A stretch of DNA of 64,000 nucleotides from Geosiphon pyriformis uo1 (lineage: Eukaryota > Fungi > Glomeromycota). The stretch covers positions 1 through 64,000 of the forward strand of contig JAAOMT010000369.1 in NCBI GenBank assembly GCA_016748015.1, read 5' to 3'. Position numbers and translations under genes: made by a program. Below the pieces are notes generated by a model, which was given only the letters and a program-made list of their open reading frames with translations, made no database searches and had not been told where the DNA came from. This document shows positions 51,040 through 64,000 of the stretch, piece after piece (position 1 is the stretch's first letter; every line of letters starts with the position of its first letter).

Positions 51040-52450
51040 TAAATTTATAATTAAAGAGCTTTAAAATAAACTTAATAAGTTTTCTTTTGATTTTACAAGT
51101 AATTATATCTTTTTATAAAATTACAAATTATATTTATATTATTATTTCTAAAAACATTATATAACTTTTATAAAATTATAATACAAATTCTTAATATCTT
51201 TATATAATTTTAAACCAATAAATATTAGTATTTAATAATTCATAATATTAAACATAATTATAAGTTATTTAATAATATTGCTAAATATTCTGTTGTTTAA
51301 TTACTTAAATTTAAACAAAAAATATTAGTTTTACAAATACTAAATATAAATATTATATTAAAAACAATTTTAATAATATTATAACAGAAAGATCTTAAAT
51401 AACATATAATTTTAAAACTTATTTATAATAAACAAACATATTTTCAAAAAATAAAGTTTACTAAATATCTATTTATATTGATATTATTAAAAATACTTAA
51501 AAAAACTAATTATTAATATAATTATGCTTATAATATTACTAATAAAATTACATATTTGTTTTATATATATTCTGAATATATTGTTTTTATTTAAAAATAT
51601 TTATATATTGTTTTAATAAATTGTACATATAAAACAAATTAATTTTAAATATTTATATTTTATATTATTAGTATAAATAGTTTAATATATTTTTTATAAT
51701 TGTTATTGTTTTTATTTATAAAAAAACACAAATATATTATTAATAAACTTTAAAGTAAATTACAAAATATTATATATATATTAAGTTAATTATTATTATT
51801 ATTATTATATATTAAAAATATATATTAATATATATACTTTTTTTTATTTTCTACATATTTATATATTTACTTTGTATTTTAATATATTCAAAAAAAAATA
51901 TTTATTAATTGTAAAAAATATTTTGTAAATAGTAATAATTAAACCAATTTTTATTTAGAATAAATTAATATAATTTAATATGTATTACCAAAAGTATTTA
52001 ATATTAAATAAAATATATTAAGTTATAAATATTTAACAATTTAAATTTTTTATAAAGAAAAATTTATTGTTGTTTAAATTAATAAGAATATATATTTTAA
52101 TAATATTAATTTATTATAGATAAAAAATTAACATACTTAATTAAAAAGCTATTTTAAAGTTTTAACAAAAAATTTACAAAAAATTTAATTACAAATATTA
52201 AATGTCTTTAAAAATATGATTAAAAAAGTTAAAATACAACACAATATTATATAACAGATCTTAATTTTTGTTTTAAAAACAGTTTATAAATAGCATTTTT
52301 TTGCACAAAAACTATTAAATAATAATATAACATCTTGTTTTAATGTTTTTTTAACAATAATAAGTTTTTTATATAAATATTAAATTTAAAATATGCTTAT
52401 TATTAAAAAAAATTTTTATAAATCAGTTTTATTTTATTTGGTATTTAGTA
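51040..52450 (+). mobile_element. Heavily decayed MULE transposase remnant (copy A)
   Basis: Collinear with 54760-56160 (shared aaataaacttaataagttttcttttgattttacaagtaatta; DCTYKTN read as NCTYKTN); lacks the segment ~54930-55095. Confidence 0.8.
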
Positions 52451-54759
52451 AATACAAATTATATTTTATAATAATTAATTTTAAAGTTAATATTTTAACA
52501 GTTATTTTAAGTTTGAATTTATTATTTAAAAAAATAAATTAAATATATTAACTTTTGACTTTATATTAATAAAAAACAATACATGTTTAATATTAATTTA
52601 TTTGTTAAATAAAGTTGTAATTATTTATAGAAAAAATTAATTAAAAATTAATTTCATAAAATGTTTTATGTAAAAAATTGAATTTATTATTAATTATTTT
52701 TTAATATATATTAAACAAAATTAAATATTTATTAATTAAGTTAAAACTATATTTTAAATAATTTTTAAGATAGTATAAAAAACTATAATTAAAACTTTTA
52801 AAAAAAATTATCTTTATTATTATATTAAATTTATTTAATAATTAATATAAATTATTGAAAATAATATTAAATATAATAAATAAATTTATAATAAATATAA
52901 TTATTAAATTATTGTTTTAGTTTTTTTTAAAAAAATGTTATTTTACTATAAAAAAATTGTGCTTTATTAATTTAAAAATATGTAAAAATATTATAATTAC
53001 AATAATTAATTTATTTTGTCTTTATTTAATTTTTTTTAAATAAAATTACAAAAATTAAAATTTAATGTTTTTAGCTTTTTATTAAGACTAATATTATAAT
53101 ATACAAAACTGTATATTTTTTATTTTTTAGGTAATTTTAAAAAAAAACAAACAAATATTATCTTATTTAAACTTAAAAAATTTTATAACAAAATCATATA
53201 ATTATTATTAATATAGTTATTAAGTCTTATTAAAAATATAATTATGTTTTCATATTGTTTTAAAAATAAAAAAATATTATTATGTAAAAGACTTATTATG
53301 TTGTATAAAATTTTTATTTATAAATAATAAATTTGTTTGATTAAATATTTATTAAAAAAAATTGTTAATTTTATATAGTTTCAATTCATATTTAAATATA
53401 ATTTTTGAATTTAAAAGCAACAAATTTGAAAATAGCAGTTGAAAAATTGGTATAATGTAATAAAATTTAACATAAACAGAATTAAAATTAAAATATAACA
53501 TAAAAATAATATTAATATATATTGCAACTTATAATATAAATATAGTAAAGAAAATAAATAAATATTTAAATAAAAGAGTGCTTTGATTAATAATAATTAT
53601 GTAATTAAAAGAATAATTAGCTGAAAAAATAGATAATAATGTAATTGATGTATTTTGGTATTACTTTATCAAATAAAAAATAATTTGGCTCTAATGAAAC
53701 AATTAGTAAGATTCGCTCAAAGAAAGAAATTTGAGTATATTGAAATTTTATAATGTAATTTCACCAAATGTAAAGTTCTATAAATGGATAAAGTCTGAGA
53801 ACGACTCGTTTCGCTGTTTCTTCTGTGAACTCTTGTCTCTTAAGTCAAAGCATTTTAAATAAAAAAATTGTTCATCTGATTTTATCATTATAGGTTTTAG
53901 GAATAAATTGATCCTTGTAGGTCAAACTCAGAATAATAAACAAAATTAAATTTAAAATGAGATTAATCATTTACAAAAGGAAGCAAATTTAGCAAGACGG
54001 AAATATATTAAAGAAGTTTCGTGAAGTTATAAAAAATACTAGCGTCTCTTTTTAATTGATATAATATTTAAATGAAGTCGAATCAATTATTTAGAATAGA
54101 CTTTTTATAAATTTAATTATAATTCGAAGTCTACTAACAAACTTTATTAACTTTAAAAAATACCTGTTTAATTAAGTTTTTAATGTATATATATTTCACA
54201 TTAGTCAATGTTTTAATTTTCTTAAAAACCCCAAATTATGGGTAAAAGATGGTTTAATAAGTGTCTTAGAAATTAATGAATTCAGTTATGTATTGGGTTT
54301 GCTGACAAATATACTTCTTTTTTTCTAAAGCATTTATTGAATCAATTTGCTGTAATCTTTGTAATCATTCTATCGCTGGTTTAGCTCAAATATCTTGACG
54401 TAACAATTAGTCATAACTTTTAAAGTATTCAATAAAAACGATTAAAAAGATTCTTAATTAAAATTATTAAAATTAAAAAATCAACTATTTTAAATTGAGT
54501 TCCATGATCAAAAATTCCAGTTTTTGTATGTTCCTTATAATTAAACTTTAGTGATATCCGACTTCATCATTTGCTTTAACTTAATAAATCATTTTTTTTT
54601 TTTTTTTTTTCAAAAGATGCTTATGTCTTAACTAAAACCGATCACTAGAAATATAAAATCTACTAAATATTACTACTATTTTTAAATAATAATTTTTTTA
54701 TAAAACACAAAACAAAATGACCTTTTAATATATTAAGGGAATTGCTATTTATAGGAACA

Positions 54760-56160
54760 TATTAACGAGTTTATAATCAAATAAACTTAATAAGTTTTCT
54801 TTTGATTTTACAAGTAATTACATCTTTTTTTATAAAATTACAGATTATATTCATATAATGTTACCAACTCCAGAAACATCATATAGCTCTTGTGAAATGA
54901 TGATACAAAGTCGTAACACTTTTACATACTCCCAAGGATATGTAGTTACAAAACAACACTCTGCTGCTAATGGTACTCGTATTACCTTCAAATGAATATA
55001 ATGCTTCTAAAAGACTTGTATTAGAAGATCGACAATGAAAAAACAGCAAATCGATTAACAAACTGCCCTTTTACTGTATATGGACGATTACTCAAAGCTG
55101 ATAAACACTGGCATTTAACAGTTCGCAATGTTGAACATAATCATGAGCCATCTGATAATATTGCTGGACATCCTGTTGCTTGACGACTTAAATCCAAACA
55201 GAAAGTATTAGTTTCACAAATTTTAAATGCAGGCATTGCACCAAAAGGCAATTTTAATAGCATTACTACAGAAAGATCTTGAACAAACATGTAATTTCAA
55301 AGACTATTTATAATGAACAGATATATTTTCGAAAAATAGAACTTGCTAATCGTCCATCTATACTGGCATTATTGGAAACACTTAAAAAGACCAATTATCA
55401 ATATGACTATGCTTATAATGTTACCAATAAAGTTATACATTTGTTTTATAAATATTCTGAATGTATTGCTCTTGCTTAAAGATATTAATATACTGTTCTA
55501 ATAGATTGCACATATAAAACAAATTTATTTTGGATGTCTATGCTTCATATTATTGGCATAAGTATTTTTAATACATTTTTTACAATTGCTATTGCTTTTA
55601 TTTGTAAAGAAACACAAACATATTATCAATAGGCTTTAGAGTAAATTGTAAAGCTTTATACATATATTAAGCCAATTATTATTATTACAGACCAAAAATA
55701 TGTATTAATGTATGTATTTTTTTCTATTTTCTCTATATTTACAAATTTATTTTGTGTTTGGCATATTTAAAAAAATGTACTTGCCAATTGTAAAAAGCAT
55801 TTTGCAAATAAAAATAACCAAAACAATTTTTATTCAGAATGAACTAATATTATTTAATCTGTATTACCAAAAGTATTTAATATTAAATGAAATATATTAA
55901 GTTATAGATATTTAACAATTCTAATTTTAATAAATTATTTATAAACAACTTAAATTTTAAACAAAAAAAAATTTATTGTTACTTAAATTAATAAAAATAT
56001 ACATTTTGGTAATATTAATTTATTATAAATAAAAAATTAATATGCTTAATTGAAAAACTATCTCAAAGTTTTAACAAAAAATTTATAAGATGTTTAATTA
56101 TAAATATTTCATGTTTTTAAAAATACACTTAAAAAAATTAAAACACAACAAAATATTGAG
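54760..56160 (+). mobile_element. Mutator/MULE transposase remnant (copy B)
   Basis: SQGYVVTKQHS, TNCPFTVYG...WHLTV...HNHEP (FAR1/WRKY-like), VLIDCTYKTN...IIG...AIAFICKETQTYYQ*AL...PIIIITD (MULE core). Stops and frameshifts; no TIRs identified. Confidence 0.85.
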
Positions 56161-57149
56161 CATATTTGAATTTTATAATAAAATATTTTTTAAATATAAA
56201 ATATTATAAATTACTTAAAACATAATAAAAATTTAAATATATAATTTATATTTAATTTTATATAAAAAAAAATTCTTTTTTATTCTAATTAAATTAATAT
56301 TTATTAAAATTATTAAAATTTTATATATATTAATAAATGAATTGATTTAACAATTTTTTATATTTAAATTCAAATTGGTTAAATTTTTTTTAATTATACT
56401 GTTTTTAAAATTAGCAATATATAATTATATAAATAAATAAATAAATAATTATTATTAAAATAATTATTTATTTACATATTTTAAATTAATTTAAAAAATT
56501 TTAATAAATAATTTAATATTTATAATATTATATTATAAAAAAAATTAAATTTTAAAAATTTAGAAATATTAAAAATAATTAAAAATGTTAAAATATTTTG
56601 TATTATTAAATATATATATATAATAATAATAATAAAATAAGAAAAAAACATTTAAAAAATTCAAAATTCAAAATTTAACAAATTATTTAAATTATTTAAT
56701 TATTAAATAAAAATTTATTACATTAAAAAAACTTTATAAATTTTATATATTATTGTTAAATTATTTATACTGTTTTTTATAAAAACAGATATTAAAAGCA
56801 TAAAATTAATAAAATAAATTAATTTTTAATATAATTATTAAAGAAAAAAAATTAATTAATTTTATAAAATATACAAAAAATAATAACTTAATAAAATTTT
56901 TAAATAATTATATTATAATTATTAAAATAAAATAATAATTAATTTTAAATTTATATATAAATATAAATTATATAATAACTTAAATTAAAAATTAATTAAC
57001 AAATAAAAAAAAACTTCTTTTTCTCCTTTGTCCAAAATTCCCAAAAAAGAGTCTAAAGTTTTTTTGAAAAAAGTTTTTTTACCATTCAGTACGATAAATC
57101 AAAACCATTTTTCGATTACAAGGCCACTGTTGGCTCTGTTATTACTGTT

Positions 57150-58945
57150 ATAAAGAAGACTACCAAAGTTTCTAGTTCTGAGGGTAATTTTAAGACAGTT
57201 GCATCAAGGAAAAAGAGAAAAAGTGGTGTATTGGCAAAGAGTGTTGATAATAGTGAAGTTGCTGATAAAGTTCTCAGTAATCATTCATGGGATTCTGAAG
57301 TGGGTGACACTACTGAATCTGAAAGTATTGACATGAAGGAGAAGTGCTTGGTTAAGGAGACCAGTGTTGACTATGGTGAGAATGGTGCTTTCGCAGGAGA
57401 GAATCCTGATCAAATGCCTAAGAGTTTGCATGTAAAGACCAAGAAGGTGTTAGAGAAGTCTCTAGATATGATTGATTATGGTACTGTCAATGTAGATGAT
57501 GACGTGTTAGATGGTTTCTTTCTTCTCCCACCCTCTTTGCCTATCAAACCATCTGTTCAGGTGCCTGTTCACAAATCCTTTGTTTTGGATATTGATCTCG
57601 TAGCTATTGCTGGGAAATCATCTCAGGAGAAATTAAACTTTGTCAGAAAAATTTTCTCAGATATGAATGGTTTTGGGGGGGTCTCTGCTCCCTCAAAATT
57701 TGGTGGAATTATCCAGGCATCTTTTACTTCTAAAAAGGCGATGATGGCGGCTGCTTAATTGGCAAATAATCATGGTGTTATGGTAAACACCGATCTTAAA
57801 TGCCCCATCAACAATCATACGAATCGGACAATTGTGTTGAAAGAAATTACTGTAAGAACTTCCATCAAGGCAGTGCGTGCAGCCATTTTCAAATTTGGGC
57901 TTATTAAGTCGATCAAAATGCAGTTGGTGGGTCTATGGCAAAAGGCAATCGTCGAATTGGAGGATCAAATTCAGGCTGATCTCTTGGCGGCTAAGTGGTC
58001 AGTCCTAATTGGGAAAGATGCAGTGCGTATGGCCTGGGCTGATGTTGACAAACAAACATGGGATGCCAGAAATGAGTTCAGGGCTTTGCTTTACACTCTC
58101 TCTATGGGCACTACCACTTATGATCTTTGGAACTTCATTGGTTCAGTTGGTGGGAAAACATGTGTTATTGAACATAGCTCTGTCAGTTATGTCTGAGCAC
58201 ACTGTGCTACTGCGTGCTTCGATTTTGAGGGTAGCCTTATTCAGGCGATGACAAACACTCCTGTTATAAAAGGCATTGGTCTCTATTGGTCTTGTTTGAC
58301 TGCTGCACTGTGCTCAATTTGCAGAAATTCCGGTCATACTTCTTTCGCTTGCCGTATTGCTGATGTGTCCTCAAGTCCTAGAAGCAAGAGAGCTCTCTTT
58401 TAGCTCAGGATCAGCTCCATCTGGCTAAGATATATGAAAAAAAATCTGCCCCCGTTTCCCGCCCTTTGGCTTTCGGTAGAAAAACCTGGGCCTCCGTAGT
58501 TGGTAAACCACTTCCATTAGTGTCATTTAGTGGTCCAGCTCAATCTGGTTCTGTATCTTATGGTAAACCTTTCCCAACTGTTAGTAGTGAATTGGAAGAC
58601 TGTTTAAAAAATATTGAGGGCAGTCTTGTCAGTCTCATAGAACAAATTGGTGAGTTGGCTAAGAGGTTGGACTCATTTATGCCGGCAGTTTCTCAGTCTA
58701 GCCCTGGATGTCAGCTGCCGGTGACCCCCCCATCACAGAATCAAAGAGAGGATATAGTGATGGGAGTGGATTCGGATGATGCCACTAGTAACAAGACTGC
58801 TGCCGTTACAGGTTCAATTGCCTTATCTGAGGTTGTAAAATTGGAAAACATGTTAGAAGATCTCTCTGCTTTGGTCATGAGCTTATCAGCACACTTGGAT
58901 GGTTTGGCTTTGGCAGGTGGTGCTCTTCTTCTACCTCTTTCTTAA
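57150..58945 (+). pseudogene. LINE ORF1 (start ATG decayed to ATA; stops and one frameshift at ~58400)
   Basis: Homologous to 25342-27129 (SHSWDSEVGDTTESESIDM, GLWQKA, CSICRNSGHTSFAC). Confidence 0.9.
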
Positions 58946-61900
58946 TGAGTAGTCTAGTGTGGAAAATTGCTATGTGTAATGTTCGTGAGTTGAACATTTC
59001 TGCAAAGCAAGATGATGTCATTCATTGGCATAGGAATATGGACAATTTAGTTTCTATTTTTACTGAGTCAAAGCTTAAAGGGAAAGTTTGTCTGTGGTTG
59101 GCCAACAAATTTGATGGTGTTTGGGTTTTTACTTCTGGTCTGAATTCTGGTTCTTCGGATGCTGAGGTGTTAATCGTCATGAATTTTTCTTTAGCAAAGC
59201 ACGTCTACAAGATTTCTGAGGTGTCTGGTCGGCTCCTATCAATCAAATTGTTGTTCAGAAATAAACTCTCAGTGTCTATTTTGGGGATCTATGCTGGTGC
59301 ATTAGCAGTAACTTGGTTTTTTCAGGCTGGTGAGATCAACTCTCTCATTGCTAAAGCTATTAATGAGTCCTCTTTTGTTATTCTTGGTGGTGATTTTAAT
59401 GAGGATGGTTTCCACAAATGTGCCAGTTTCAAGAAATGTTCTGATTTGGGTTTGGTTAACTCTCTGGGGGGGAGCTCTTTTGTAAAGACATCTACTTGGT
59501 GCAATTCTTGTGGTATTACTAAGACAATTGACTACATGTTCGTTTTTTTTAATTTGGTTGGTGCGGTAGTGGATCATGGTGTGGATGGTGTTGAGAAATA
59601 TTTTAATACTGATCACAAGGCTGTTCATGTTTCTGTGAGACTGGATGGCCTACTTGATGTTCAGCTGAACTCAATGTGCAAACAGGCCAATAGGGATCAT
59701 TGGAAGTATGATATCAAGAATGCCAGTAAGGTTAAGTGGTCAGAATTCAGGAATACTACGGCTGCTAATGCTGTTTTGTTCTTGGATAAGTTTGTTGTGG
59801 CTAAGCAGTTTTCAGATCTGGATGCAATGTGGGACATTGTTCGTAAGGTTGTGGTGCTTTCTGCTGGTGAGACATTCAAGAAAAAATGGTTCAAGGGTTA
59901 TGATAGTGTTTTTAATAAGGTTTTGTCCAGGTTTCATTGTCTGGAGCTGCTGGTATCTAAGCTGGTTAGAGATTCTTGCTTGGTTTCTGGTGAGAATTTT
60001 GCTTCTTTGTTGAAAACATGGGATAAGCTTGATTCTTCTGGTGTGTTGAAGGTGAAGTCTCTGTTTCTTTTAGGTTCTGGTTTTGATCACATTCATTCTG
60101 CACTGGCTAAAGTAAGAAAGTTGTATCATGCTTCTAAGTTGTTGAAATCCAAACGTGCTGAGGAATCTTCGATCAAGCAGACTATCAGTAAGAGGATGGA
60201 GAGTTTTGAACTAGACAAAGGTCATACCATTAGGAGTGTTTTGGAGCATTCCTTTCGCAAGGTGGTCTTAGATCATCTGATTGTGGGAGATGAGTTGGTT
60301 TTGGAGTCTGAATCTGTTAAATCAAAGGTAGATAAAATCATGGAAGGTTGGATTAGGAAGCATCAAGTGATTGATGATGTCTCGGATGATTGGCGCCTCC
60401 AATATCGGCCACTGGAGTATGTTTTTAATGAAGCTTTTTCTGGTGTCATGTGTTCGATTGAGTATGATGAGTTCCTTGGAGTGGTTTTTGATCTTTCGGA
60501 TGGTAAAGCGGCTGGTTTGTCAGGTATTTCAAATGAGCTTTGGAAACATTGTGATAGGTTGGTTTTAAATTTGTTGTTGGTGCTTTTGAATTCTTGTTTG
60601 TCTAGTGAATCAGTGCCTGGCCCTTGGAAAGAAGCATGGGTCACAATGATTTCCAAACCTTATGAGTGGGAAGGTGTCTTGATAAACACACATCCTATTG
60701 CCTTAATCAAAACGGCTCGCAAGATTCTCTCCAAGGTCCTCTCTGACAGGATTTCTTTGGCATGTAGTACTTATGACATACTTCGGAGAGACAATTTTTC
60801 GGTTCTTAAGGGCACAACAACCCAGTCTCCTATTTTTGCAGTTGGTTCAGTGGTCAAGGATGCTTTAAAAAAAAACAGGGAGCTTTGGCTGGTTCTACAG
60901 AACATACGGAAGGCGTATGACTCGGTTGGCTGGATGCATCTCAAGAAGAGTTTGGTTAGGGTTAAGATGTGTAGCAAATTTATTTGGTTTTTTAGTGGTA
61001 TTCATGGGGATCATACCAACCAAGTCATGACTGATTTTGGATTGACTAGTGGTTATCATGTGCACAATGGTTTGGACCAGGGAGAGATCTTTTCTCCTCT
61101 TCTCTGGCACATATTTTATGATCCTCTTTTGTGTGAAGTCAAAAGACAGGAGAGTGTATGTGGGTATAGGTTAAATTCTCACTTTGTTTTCAAGAATGGT
61201 CATTCCGAATCCCAGACTGGGTTTTCTTCTTTTTTCGCCACTGGTGCTTTTGTTGATGATACGATTTGGGTTGGCAGCAGTTAGACGGCTATTCAACATA
61301 TTCTCAATGTTGCTAGTGAATTTTTTCATGTCAATGACATTTCTATTAATAATGACAAAATAGTAGCCATTCCCATCAATAGCAGGGTTAATAATCCCTC
61401 TTTTTCTATCAGCAGTTCGCCCATTTTTATTGCCAAAAAGGGAGAATCTCACTGATATTTGGGCATTTTTATATTGACTGAGGGTTTTTTGAAGCCTAGC
61501 TTAATTAAGGTGCATTCAGATATTCGCTTTTTTGCCAATCTGGTGTTGAGGAAGGCAGTCTCAGATAAGCAGTTCTTGTATTTGGTGTTGGCAGTTCTGT
61601 ATCCAATAGTCAGCTATAGAACTCAGTTCAGTTTTATTCCTGTTGACATGTACAACAAGTAGGATGCACTGATTCGTAAAGGCTTGAAGCTCAAGTCTGG
61701 TTTGCTGCTTGATTTCCCTAATGATGCAATTTATCACTCTTTGTTTTATAGTTTAAAGTCATTTTTTCAAGTTCAATCTGAGAGCAAGGTTGCTTCTCTT
61801 GTCAGTTTTGCAAACTCTGGTGGTATCTTGGATCATTTGTTTTCCCACAGGTCTCATAACTTGCAAGTTCTGTGTTGGCGCCCTATTCATCCATTGAGTT

Positions 61901-63633
61901 CTCCTGTTTGTATTCGTGTCAGTACATCTAATAACTTTCTGGCAGGCATAGTTTGTGTTTTTCTCGATTGCAATGTGTCTCTGGGTGGCTTTTTAGTTAG
62001 TTCCTTTTGGTCTTATGATGGAGTGCCTATGTCTAAGGTTTTGGGTGAGTCAAGGTTTCTCAGATTTCTCCCTTCCCTTCGGTGGTATGGTATTGCCTTT
62101 GTGGATCAACTTTGCGACTGTCATGGTGCTATTTATAATTGGCATACTTTCAAGTAGTGGAAGAGATTGGATCTCCGTGGCCCAGTTCCTGAGTGGTTCA
62201 AGCATTCTGTTTTGTTTCTCAATAGTGTGGGATCTTCTCACGCTCAGTCTTTTGTTTTGGGTGATGGTGATCCTTCGAACATTTTTAAGTCTAGTGAATT
62301 TATGTCTGTTTGTAATTGTCTCTTGGCGACTGGTACTAGCAGCCTGTCAGTATATACGAATAGGTCTCTCAGTAATCTTGGCATGGTTGGCTGTAGAGCT
62401 GGCACTGCTGTTTTTTTTGAGGACATTGGTTTGGATTTGGGCATTAGTGTATTGGGTTTGATGTTGTCTACTTTGGTGGAATTGCAGACTGTTGTCTTAG
62501 CTCTGGAGTGTGTTCTCTCATCAAGCTCTGTTTGTTTGTTTTCAGATAGTCAATTGGCTTTGGATGCTTGCAGATCAGAGTTGGGTCTAGTGCATCCCAA
62601 TTTTCGTAATCAGTGCTGGGTCAAACATCATCATATTGTCAATGTAATTTGCAGTAAGAAGTTGAGGGTTAGTTTTCACAAGATAAAGGGTCATTCTGGT
62701 GTTTCGGGAAACAAGCATGCTAACACGATTGCTGATACCACTTCTTTTTCCAATTGGTATCTTCCTCCTCACTTGAGTGAACACTTCTTGTCGGCTGATG
62801 GTGATATTGTTTCTGGAAATTCAAGACATTTTGTTCGTGATATTTATCGTTCTATTTGTCGTGCACAATGAGAGGTTGGTTCTGGTTCTGGGGTTTTGGT
62901 GGGCAGCTTGTCTTTTGAGATTAATTGGCCCCATTCATCATTGGTATGGCATTCTGATTTGCACATGGCTGCAGGTTTCACCAGCAGGTCTTCATTCAGT
63001 ATACATACTTACTTTATAAAGTCTTTACACCATTAGCTGCTGGTTGCTGTTTGAAAGTGCCTCTACAATAGACATTATCCTAGCGTGTTGTGCTTGTATT
63101 GTGGTGAGGTGGAGGTGTTGGATCATGTGTTCTCTTGCAAGGTTGATGAGTCTGTTTGATGTCAATTGTTGGATTCTCATGTAGGGTCCTGGAAGGTGTT
63201 TTCTGGTTCCTCTCATTCTTCCTCAGGTATATTACAGCTGTTATCTTCTGGTGTTTCTGATTCCTTTGTGTCCATGGCTCTTTTTAAGGACTTCATTTTC
63301 AATGGGTGGTTTTGCGAGGCTGTTTCCGTTTTTCATGACCCCAAAATTGCTATTTTGGAGATTGTCAAGTTTGTGCACTCTCTTGGTCTTGCTTTCAAGG
63401 AGGATGTCTGGTCAGTTCATGTTAAGCATTGTGTGTATATGAAGAAGAATGGTCTGATCCTGCTAGATAGTTCGGCCATCATTTCGGTTCATGGTTTGGC
63501 TTCGAGGTTCTCTGCAAGAGTAGTTAGGTTACTTGGCATCACTAATGCTTTGGGTGTTCATTTTGGTTTTCGCAAGTCTTGCTTGTTTTTTTCAGGCATA
63601 GGTGATTCGGTATCAGTTCATATAGCTGGGTAG
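58945..63633 (+). pseudogene. LINE ORF2 (~1562 codons; EN-RT-RNase H-CCHC), single frame with about 8 internal stops
   Basis: GGDFNE, TIDYMF, TDHKAV; KAYDSV, GLDQG, AFVDDT; ELQTV, FSDSQ, KIKGHSGVSGN; CLYC...HVFSC. Confidence 0.95.
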
Positions 63634-64000
63634 TGTTGTTCTGATCGGCCCAAGTGGCTGGTCATGTGTAGATAGTGCATGATTCACGCTTAGTTTAGAT
63701 CGATTTCTCAATATATAGTGCTAGGTAATATTTGGACCTCACTCGTTAAATAATAATAATAATAAAAAAATTAAAATAAATTTTTTTTAACTATTTCATA
63801 AAAAATTTTTTACAATTTATTATTAAGTAAAATAAAAAATTATAAAACTATAAAATACATACTAAATTATTAAAAAAACAGATTTTTTGCAATTAATATT
63901 TTTATAAATAATATAATATAAATAATTTATAAATATATTATTATAAAAATTTCTTTTTTTTTATATTCAAAATTCTCCAAAGAACTAACTTAATAAAAAA

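Larger units (their letters stand above)
57014..63760 (+). mobile_element. Full-length LINE, same family group as 20529-27265, with (TAA)n tail
   Basis: 5' UTR shares ttttttaccattcagtacgataaatc with the other copy; 3' end TTTGGACCTCACTCGTT followed by AAA(TAA)n; possible TSD AATAAAAAAA (low complexity, uncertain). Confidence 0.95.

Noticed and set aside
53650-54720. Moderately GC, CpG-containing island that might be a gene remnant
   Set aside because: No consistent ORF, splice pattern or motif found.
1-64000. CRISPR arrays, tRNA, rRNA, telomeric repeats
   Set aside because: No repeat-spacer array, cloverleaf, rRNA-length homology or TTAGGG tract seen.

Overview
Eukaryotic, almost certainly fungal, genomic DNA. 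Short GT-AG introns, a Puf4-type gene, a Lines homolog and the TE families suggest Glomeromycotina, possibly Geosiphon-like; this is inference, not verified. Roughly half the window is transposon-derived: four RNase H-type LINE copies at different stages of decay (one cut by the window start), two ~2.1-2.3 kb ORF1-only (HAL1-like) derivatives sharing the LINE 3' tail, a complete 9.8 kb Ty3/Gypsy element (979-bp LTRs, 4-bp TSD, dUTPase, Cys-rich insert, extra 3' ORF) and two MULE transposase remnants. A central gene island holds three host genes: a small Mrr-like PD-(D/E)XK nuclease with a C-terminal hydrophobic helix, a Lines homolog, and a Puf4/Mpt5-type Pumilio protein with a CCCH finger. 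Top observations: (1) a ~250-nt highly base-paired RNA-like insert, carrying a duplicated 18-mer displayed on stems, inside intron 1 of the nuclease gene; (2) an extreme transition-only, mostly non-CpG mutation signature in repeats (RIP-like), counted from the LTR pair; (3) ORF1-only non-autonomous LINE partners. All alignments, counts and exon boundaries were done by eye.
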